Positions 5,615 through 11,431 of a DNA stretch of 11,431 nt are shown here, piece after piece. Numbering within the stretch: the first letter of the stretch is position 1; each line of letters begins with the position of its first letter. The DNA lies in the IMG/VR virus record IMGVR_UViG_3300021971_000202. The stretch is one strand, 5' to 3'. The notes under the pieces were generated by a model, which was not told the DNA's origin, made no database searches, and was given only the letters and a program-made list of their open reading frames with translations. A program made the position numbers and the translations under genes. Source of the DNA: a virus.

Positions 5615-6561
5615 TTAGTTTAACCGATAAGCACGGACTGTTAAAACAGTTCAAGGACGACCAGCTAAACAAGACTTTAACCATGTTCGAATGGTCTAAT
5701 TTACCAGATACCTTACCAGCATTAGAATTAGAAAAAATGTTGCAGATAAATGGGTATGCGATAATTGCCAAGTACCAAGATAATGTTTATGCTTTTCAAG
5801 GTGGTTTTAGCGGTCAAGACGCTTATAATCAACCAACACAAGCGATCGTAAGTAATCCAGCGTTGAAACTTAATAACACATATACGATCAACCAAGATTG
5901 TGTAATTATTAAAAATGACGATATGAAACAAGGATTGATCAAGACTTATGAATACTACGGTCAACGGTTGATTGAAAATGAAATCACCATGCTTATGACC
6001 GACTATAATTTGCGTATGCCGTTTACAATTTCATCAAGTGACGATCAGACTACGCAATCAGCGCAAGACTACCTAAATAAAATTATTGACGGATCACTTG
6101 GGGTTATTGGTGAACAAAAGTTATTTAGTGCTTTAAATGTTACGCCAACCAGTGGCAAGCAAACGTCAAATTTTGCTGATTTATATGGTTACCAGCAATT
6201 TATCACAGCACAACTTAATAACACCATTGGATTGGCAACCAACAACAACATGAAACGGGAACGCTTGACGACTAATGAAATTGAGGTTAACAAAAATGCT
6301 AGTTATCCATTAGTTGATAATATGTTAAAAAATAGACAATTGGCTGCTGAAAAAATCAAGGCAATATTTGGTTTAGATGTTCAAGTTGAATATAGTTCAA
6401 TTTGGGGATCTGATGACGAACAACCAGAACCAGAACCCAAACCAGAACCTAAACCAGAACCTAAACCAGAACCTAAACCAAAACCTAAACCAGAACCTAA
6501 ACCAAAACCTAAACCAGAACCTAAACCAGAAGATAAGAAAAAGGGGCGTGCTAAAAAATGA
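5611..6561 (+). CDS. Portal / upper collar connector protein (phi29 gp10-like), 316 aa
   Basis: [28 protein letters not shown] parallels phi29 gp10 [41 protein letters not shown]...[17 protein letters not shown] parallels KKERMVTDEVSSN...ACEKINELYGLNVKVKF (recollected reference). The length is close to gp10 (309 aa). Confidence 0.9.
   Translation: [316 protein letters not shown]
6424..6531 (+). repeat. Tandem 6/12-nt repeat (AAACCAGAACCT)n encoding 18 consecutive Pro-Glu/Pro-Lys dipeptides
   Basis: CCAGAA/CCTAAA units run uninterrupted from 6424 to 6531. In the portal frame they give [36 protein letters not shown] (aa 272-307), followed by DKKKGRAKK. Confidence 0.95.
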
Positions 6562-7100
6562 TGTATTCCGATTATATTAAAGCCGGTGGCACGGGAATTA
6601 TTACCCTATTATCACAAAATCAAACCTTAAAATATTTATTAAGCGATTCAATTCAACCGTTAGATACCACTTTTTTAATGGAAAACGGTAATAAAAATTT
6701 TTCACTTGCAATCGAAAGCATGTTAAATTCTGAAAATGATTTAACACCAATTGCTAGTATGCTAAAAGTTCGCTTTGGTCAATATTGGCAAGTGCTTTAT
6801 AATTCACAACCAGCGGATAGTGATACCATTAATAGTTCAATTACAACCACCAATGGAGAAATCAACACCACAGGCAACACTGTGGGGCAAGTGAGTGGGT
6901 ATGATAGCCCGACAATGGTGGATAATGATGGTAGTAATTCAACGGGTAATCAAACGAATAACAACACGGTTAAAACATTGAAATATGAAGATCTAACAAA
7001 ATTATTAGGTGAATTGAAAAATAATGTTTTTTATGATAAAATGTTCATAGATATTAGAAATTACATTTTTAACACTGTTTACGGAAATGAAAGGGAGTAA
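6558..7100 (+). CDS. Hypothetical virion or assembly protein (180 aa); lower-collar/adaptor or scaffold candidate
   Basis: ATGA overlap with the portal stop. It lies between the portal and major capsid genes. A central Asn/Thr/Ser/Gly-rich low-complexity region (about aa 85-137) is flanked by ordered-looking ends. I recognise no motif. Confidence 0.65.
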   Translation: MMYSDYIKAGGTGIITLLSQNQTLKYLLSDSIQPLDTTFLMENGNKNFSLAIESMLNSENDLTPIASMLKVRFGQYWQVLYNSQPADSDTINSSITTTNGEINTTGNTVGQVSGYDSPTMVDNDGSNSTGNQTNNNTVKTLKYEDLTKLLGELKNNVFYDKMFIDIRNYIFNTVYGNERE

Positions 7101-7104
7101 TATT

Positions 7105-8271
7105 TTGAAAGTAACTCAATTAAAAGATATTCTAGGAACAGTTACAAATGAGGTTTTAGGTAAAGATGGTGTTTTAGCAGAAGATCTTTCAAACCTTGTT
7201 GATGTTGGTAATCAGATTGTTGATACCGAAAACATTGATAACTATGTAAAAAAGCTGATTGACCGAATTGGTAAAGTTGTCTTTGTGAACCGGTTGTATG
7301 CTGGGGGTGTTCCCAGCGTATTAATGGATAGCTGGGAATTTGGTTCAATTGTTGAAAAGATTAGCGCTGATATGCCCGACGCTGATACCAACGATAGTTG
7401 GAACTTACAAGACGGACAATCATATTCACAAGATACTTTTTACCAGCCTAAAGTTTCCGCTAAGTTTTTCAACTCACAAGTTACTTTTGATGTTAAGTTG
7501 TCGTTTACGTCAAAACAAGTTAAAGAAAGTTTTACCAGTGTAAATGACTTAAACGCATTCTTATCCATGCTTGAAACTGGTGTTGAAAACTCAATGACTG
7601 TTAAACTTGACGGATTGATTATGCGTACGATTAATAACATGACTGCACAAATTCTTAACGGTGGGCAAGCAATGCAAAAAGTCAACTTGCTATCACAATA
7701 CAATTCAATTAGTGGATCAACCTTAACTGCTAATAAAGCTTTACTTGATAAGGAATTTTTGAAATATGCTAGTTTGGTTATTAAGCAATATCAGGCACGG
7801 GTTACAACTATGTCAACTTTATTCAACCAAGGTGCAAAAGCACGGTTCACAAACACAACTGACTTGCATACAGTGTTACTTTCTGATTTTGCGGATAATG
7901 CGGAAGTTTACTTGATGAGTGACACCACCCACAACGATATGGTTTCACTACCACAGCATGAAACCGTACCATATTGGCAAGGTAGCGGAACAGCATACGG
8001 ATTTAATGATGTTTCAACGATTGACGCAAAGATTAACGGTTCTAATAAGACACCTAAGGAAATCAAACAAAGCGGTATTTTAGGGGTTATGTTTGATACA
8101 AATGCCCTTGGTGTTTCTAACCTTGACCAACGAACAACCACCGCTTACAATGCACGGGCTGAATTTTACACTAACTTTTATAAACTTGACGCTGGTTTCT
8201 TTAATGATTTAGATGAAAACTTTGTCGTATTTTACATTGCAGACGCTGTTACCCCAGCCCCAGCGGCTTAA
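7105..8271 (+). CDS. Major capsid protein (phi29 gp8-like), 388 aa from TTG 7105 (394 aa if ATG 7087)
   Basis: KKLIDRIGKVVFVNR parallels phi29 gp8 SLVDRIGLVVIRQ, and the N-terminus (M)KVTQLKDILG parallels MRITFNDVKTSLG (recollected). TTG 7105 lies 7 nt after AAAGGGAG (7090-7097) and just after the upstream TAA (7098-7100). ATG 7087 has no SD. A strong terminator follows the gene. Confidence 0.85.
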   Translation: MKVTQLKDILGTVTNEVLGKDGVLAEDLSNLVDVGNQIVDTENIDNYVKKLIDRIGKVVFVNRLYAGGVPSVLMDSWEFGSIVEKISADMPDADTNDSWNLQDGQSYSQDTFYQPKVSAKFFNSQVTFDVKLSFTSKQVKESFTSVNDLNAFLSMLETGVENSMTVKLDGLIMRTINNMTAQILNGGQAMQKVNLLSQYNSISGSTLTANKALLDKEFLKYASLVIKQYQARVTTMSTLFNQGAKARFTNTTDLHTVLLSDFADNAEVYLMSDTTHNDMVSLPQHETVPYWQGSGTAYGFNDVSTIDAKINGSNKTPKEIKQSGILGVMFDTNALGVSNLDQRTTTAYNARAEFYTNFYKLDAGFFNDLDENFVVFYIADAVTPAPAA

Positions 8272-8292
8272 TATATTTTTTGAAAGTGAAAG

Positions 8293-8316
8293 GACGGGTA
8301 TAAACCCGTCTTTTTT
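8293..8316 (+). terminator. Strong rho-independent terminator after the major capsid gene
   Basis: Perfect 7-bp GC-rich stem: GACGGGT (8293-8299), loop ATAA, ACCCGTC (8304-8310), followed by TTTTTT (8311-8316). An upstream A-run (8289-8291) could extend the pairing. Confidence 0.85.
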
Positions 8317-8332
8317 AATACGAGGTGTTAAA

Positions 8333-8758
8333 ATGAACGTAAACTTTTATGATAATCAATCAAATGAAAATGTAATCAACAAGACGATAAATTTAATTAC
8401 CAGTAAAAACATTATATTCAGAAGCACGATCAACGAAAAGAACCCAGTATTATTGCTTCATAATGATTTATTGAACGAAATTAATTATGTCGAAATCCAG
8501 ACCTTTAAAAGGTATTATTATATTGAACATATTGAACCATTCAACAATCAATTATCGAGGATTTTTCTCACCACTGATTTATTAATGACGTATCAAAATG
8601 AAATTCTAAATAATGAAGTATTAGTTACCGCAACGGAACAGCCCAGTTATTCAGCAAACAGTTTACCAACTACCCGTAAAATAATTAGTGACAAGTATGT
8701 GGGTAACGTTACGTTGCCTACCGGAACAACCAAAGTATTAACAACCATAGGGGGTTAA
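8333..8758 (+). CDS. Tail protein resembling the N-terminal domain of the phi29 gp9 tail knob (141 aa)
   Basis: ATG at 8333 lies 5 nt after GAGGTG (8322-8327), downstream of the terminator. The ORF-track start at 8213 would run through the capsid gene end and the terminator. NYVEIQTFKRYYYIEHIEPFNNQLSRIFLTTDLLMTY parallels gp9 [42 protein letters not shown] (recollected). Confidence 0.6.
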   Translation: MNVNFYDNQSNENVINKTINLITSKNIIFRSTINEKNPVLLLHNDLLNEINYVEIQTFKRYYYIEHIEPFNNQLSRIFLTTDLLMTYQNEILNNEVLVTATEQPSYSANSLPTTRKIISDKYVGNVTLPTGTTKVLTTIGG

Positions 8759-8761
8759 AAC

Positions 8762-10531
8762 ATGTCTACAACATTAAGTAGTAAAATTATAGGTGTTCAA
8801 TTATATGCGTATGATATAGCAAGACGACCCGACAAAACACTAGATTCCAAGGGATACCCACAATTACTAAGTTATACAAAAGATAATGAACAAGATGATG
8901 CGGTTTCACCTGTAACACAAAACCCTACGGAAAACCTTACACAGGCAATAAACCAAATTATGTTTGTTTCTAATGTTGTCAAGAGTTTTAATGATCAGAA
9001 AATAAACGTTCACGGAATTAAATTTGGTCCCGGTGATAATGTAGATATAGCACTATCAATGATTAATAATAGTAGTAACGTAATATATTCTAATGTGATC
9101 TTATATGGTGATGATGTCTATATACAACCCGAACCAAATACAACCGCTACAACAACCAATAAAAAAACACCTTTTTCAACTAGTACGCCCGGAATTAACA
9201 TAAAATATCAAACGGGTATTGTACCAAACAACCGGGGTCATGCCAATGTTATTTTTGAAGTAACAACGGGTTACAAAATTCCAGTTGGTGCTACCATTAA
9301 AGCAAACCCCACTATTCAAGATTCGTTTGGTAAATTAAAACCCGGTACGCCAAAAACCTATCAGGTAGTGTATGAAATTCAACCCGGAGTCTATTCCTTT
9401 ACTATAAAATCAGACAGTAGTACCGAATGGAAAGAATGCGATATTGATTTTTCTACCGTACCAACAACGACAACACCGCCAGAAACACCACCAACAACAA
9501 TTCCGCTGGTTCAAAAGTTAGATCATGTTAAGAGTAATATAACCGGTGATTCAATTGATAGAAAACTTAATGCAATTAGTTTAACCGCTGATCCCGGTTA
9601 TATGTTTAAAACCAACATTGAAATTTTGTTATATTCAGGGGGTAAAATAGTTTATGACAATGCTGTTGCCGGTAATAATTCGGATAGTATCACGATCCCT
9701 TTGAATACCACCAATGAAAACACAATTACCGATAACATTGACAATATACAACTAACAGCTAGTGCTACCCTTGGAACAGTATCAACTAGTTACGAACATA
9801 ATTATTTAATCACAGATACAGAATTAAACGCCCTATCTAATGAAAAAATATGGACGTTTGTTAATGGTGAACCCGGTTTAGATAGTTACAATACTAATTA
9901 TTTTATTAATAACTTAATTCAATTACCATTTAATGTTGATACTGAAAATCATATGCAACCTATATCATTAGGGGAGGTGAAAGCTCAAACTGCCGCATAT
10001 GAAGCAAAAGAAAGGTTTGTAAACCTTGATTTAGGTAATATCAAAGTACCAGCAAAATATCATAATGGTTATGATTATCAAAATAAGACGATTAAGCTTT
10101 ATACGCCTTTTGTTCCACCAATTTCCATTGATAATACCAATGCAATTGATAAAACGATCCGAATTAGTTACAAAGTTGATATTTCAAACGGTAACTTAAC
10201 CGTCAACCTATATAATGATGATATTTTATTCTTTACAGGTATCAACAGAATTGATAGTCAAATACCTTTCCTAAACATGTTAAAAAATACGATCATTAAC
10301 CGTGATACACATTTCACCGATAACGATATTAGACAACCATATATCATTGTTTCACGTGAAACACCGATCCTAAATAGTGATTATTACCCGACTAGTGAAC
10401 GTGGTTTAATAAAGAGTTATAATGGTAATGTTCAAGTACGTTTATTAAATAATATGAACATACCGAACAATGAATTATCTGAACTAACAAGTCAACTAGA
10501 AAGTGGTGTTAAATTTGTTAAAAGTAATTGA
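8762..10531 (+). CDS. Tail knob / receptor-binding tail protein (589 aa), gp9-like C-terminal part with an inserted linker-flanked module
   Basis: SD AGGGGGT (8749-8755) lies 6 nt before ATG 8762. Thr/Pro linkers (PNTTATTTNKKTPFSTSTPG and STVPTTTTPPETPPTTIP) flank a beta-rich module. The C-terminal third (IKLYTPFVPPISID...ISYKVDISNGNLTV, and the end NIPNNELSELTSQLESGVKFV) parallels gp9 (MMYPYCVTEITD..., DINNNDLQEIRTIFDNGITLW), from recollection. Confidence 0.6.
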   Translation: MSTTLSSKIIGVQLYAYDIARRPDKTLDSKGYPQLLSYTKDNEQDDAVSPVTQNPTENLTQAINQIMFVSNVVKSFNDQKINVHGIKFGPGDNVDIALSMINNSSNVIYSNVILYGDDVYIQPEPNTTATTTNKKTPFSTSTPGINIKYQTGIVPNNRGHANVIFEVTTGYKIPVGATIKANPTIQDSFGKLKPGTPKTYQVVYEIQPGVYSFTIKSDSSTEWKECDIDFSTVPTTTTPPETPPTTIPLVQKLDHVKSNITGDSIDRKLNAISLTADPGYMFKTNIEILLYSGGKIVYDNAVAGNNSDSITIPLNTTNENTITDNIDNIQLTASATLGTVSTSYEHNYLITDTELNALSNEKIWTFVNGEPGLDSYNTNYFINNLIQLPFNVDTENHMQPISLGEVKAQTAAYEAKERFVNLDLGNIKVPAKYHNGYDYQNKTIKLYTPFVPPISIDNTNAIDKTIRISYKVDISNGNLTVNLYNDDILFFTGINRIDSQIPFLNMLKNTIINRDTHFTDNDIRQPYIIVSRETPILNSDYYPTSERGLIKSYNGNVQVRLLNNMNIPNNELSELTSQLESGVKFVKSN

Positions 10532-11327
10532 TGTTTCAAGTAACCAAGGATTTATCAAGATTGCCCCGATTGATTGTGACGCAGTTATCACGAAAGCAAC
10601 AGGCGGAAATAGTTATGTAAACCATTGTTGTGATTATGTTATTCAACAATGTATCAAACTCAATAAACCATTTGGTTTCTACCACTATGCACACGAATAT
10701 GGAAAATTTAATTTACCAGAAAAAGAAGCAGATTTCTTTATCAAGAATACAAAGAACTACTTTAAACGTGGATTGGTTGTCCTTGATTATGAAGTCCCTA
10801 TCAATGGACGCAACTATACTAAAACTGATATTAATTGGATTGAACAATTTATTGAGTATGTTCACCAGAAAACAGGTGTGTATTGCCTACTATATATTAG
10901 TAAGTCATTGTTATACGGTACTGGTGATTGGTCTAGGGTTGCCAAGATTTCCGGGTTATGGTTTGCCCAGTATGCTGATAATAACCGCACAGGCTGGACT
11001 AAAACACCGTGGTCTGATCATAAGCCTACCTCACCATTTAACGTTGTAATGGATCAGTACACAAGTACCGGACGGATTCACGGTTATAATGGTAATTTAG
11101 ACTTATCCATATTCTATGGTGATAAAAATACATGGAATGCGTATGCCAATCCAAGCAAACAAATTATTCATAAACCTACCGAAAAAACTAAGGAAGTGAA
11201 ACATATGGATTATTTAACTGAATTTGCAAAAGATGTTATCAAAGGAAAATACGGTAATGGTCAACATAGAAAAGAAAATATTTATAATGCAGTTCAAAAG
11301 AAAGTTGAACAATTACTAAAAAAATAA
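10503..11327 (+). CDS. Endolysin: GH25 muramidase domain plus a single C-terminal CW_7-like (Cpl-7 type) motif
   Basis: GH25 signatures: VIDVSSNQG, AVITKATGG, the LDYE (D-x-E) catalytic pair, and MDQYTSTGRIHGYNGNLDLSIFYG. The C-terminal FAKDVIKGKYGNGQHRKENIYNAVQKKVEQLL resembles the CW_7 repeat (recollected). No in-frame ATG precedes the catalytic motif. The frame opens after TAG 10497-10499, so the start must be GTG 10503, GTG 10506 or TTG 10515. Confidence 0.9.
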   Translation: MVLNLLKVIDVSSNQGFIKIAPIDCDAVITKATGGNSYVNHCCDYVIQQCIKLNKPFGFYHYAHEYGKFNLPEKEADFFIKNTKNYFKRGLVVLDYEVPINGRNYTKTDINWIEQFIEYVHQKTGVYCLLYISKSLLYGTGDWSRVAKISGLWFAQYADNNRTGWTKTPWSDHKPTSPFNVVMDQYTSTGRIHGYNGNLDLSIFYGDKNTWNAYANPSKQIIHKPTEKTKEVKHMDYLTEFAKDVIKGKYGNGQHRKENIYNAVQKKVEQLLKK

Positions 11328-11364
11328 ATTTGTCAAGTAAAAAATAATTTGTCCCACCGAAAAA

Positions 11365-11431
11365 TAAAGTTAGGTGTGCCTAAAAATTAAGTTTTGGGTA
11401 TGCCTAACTTTTTAATAGGGAGGGGATAATT
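11365..11431. repeat. Right inverted terminal repeat (ITR-R)
   Basis: Exact reverse complement of 1-67. On the + strand its internal palindrome (AAAGTTAGG 11366-11374 with CCTAACTTT 11403-11411, then TT) could also act as a transcript-end hairpin for the rightward operon. Confidence 0.95.

Noticed and set aside
6377-6580. A 67-aa + strand ORF encoding (NQNL)n repeats
   Set aside because: It is simply the +1 reading of the 12-nt PEPK tandem repeat inside the well-supported portal gene. It has no SD, and the start lies within the portal coding sequence.
7087-7104. ATG 7087 as the capsid start
   Set aside because: It has no SD upstream and overlaps the preceding gene by 14 nt. The sequence AAAGGGAG that it would translate is itself an ideal SD for in-frame TTG 7105, which gives an N-terminus resembling phi29 gp8. 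It remains a possible alternative.
7340-7543. A 67-aa + strand ORF in an alternative frame of the capsid gene
   Set aside because: It is embedded in the gp8-like capsid gene, with no SD and a composition typical of an off-frame read.
425-8141. Seven minus-strand ORFs (425-670, 1690-1938, 2111-2386, 5728-5964, 7142-7348, 7440-7703, 7908-8141)
   Set aside because: All are antisense to + strand genes with strong motif support or clear SD sites. They have low-complexity, hydrophobic, Cys/Leu/Ile-rich compositions typical of AT-rich antisense frames. I found no SD or promoter for any of them.
8213-8332. The upstream extension of the tail ORF to ATG 8213, as given in the ORF track
   Set aside because: It would overlap the capsid gene end and translate straight through the strong terminator hairpin at 8293-8316. 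ATG 8333 has a proper GAGGTG SD and lies after the terminator.
10497-10531. A programmed frameshift fusing the tail protein to the lysin
   Set aside because: The lysin frame is +1 relative to the tail frame and is open for only 30 nt before the tail stop. No slippery heptamer in the correct register or stimulatory structure is visible.
10630-11049. A 139-aa + strand ORF in an alternative frame of the lysin gene
   Set aside because: It lies entirely inside the GH25 domain coding region, whose own frame carries all the catalytic motifs. The alternative frame has no recognisable features or SD.

Overview
The window appears to be a complete linear dsDNA phage genome (11,431 bp), not a fragment. 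Bases 1-67 and 11365-11431 are perfect inverted terminal repeats (ITRs) that reach the exact window ends. The interior is a minimal phi29/Cp-1-style, protein-primed podovirus gene set, with all 14 supported genes on the + strand and tightly packed (three ATGA stop/start overlaps). From left to right it contains: a sigma-A-like early promoter; two small orphan genes, one of them membrane-embedded; a gp2.5/DUF2815-like ssDNA-binding protein candidate; a terminator; an XRE-type helix-turn-helix (HTH) regulator; a basic 192-aa terminal-protein candidate; a family-B protein-primed DNA polymerase with all canonical motifs; a gp16-like packaging ATPase; a YvrJ-like small membrane protein; a gp10-like portal carrying an unusual (P-E/K)x18 C-terminal repeat; a 180-aa unassigned structural protein; a gp8-like major capsid protein; a strong terminator; a gp9-like tail knob that seems split into two in-frame ORFs by a single TAA; and a GH25 endolysin with a CW_7-like tail. 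The AT-rich sequence, AGGAGG-type Shine-Dalgarno (SD) sites and the GH25/CW_7 lysin point to a low-GC Gram-positive host. I saw no tRNA, CRISPR array, integrase, transposase or supported minus-strand gene. Homology statements rest on motifs read in the supplied translations and on recollection of reference proteins. No database search was possible.
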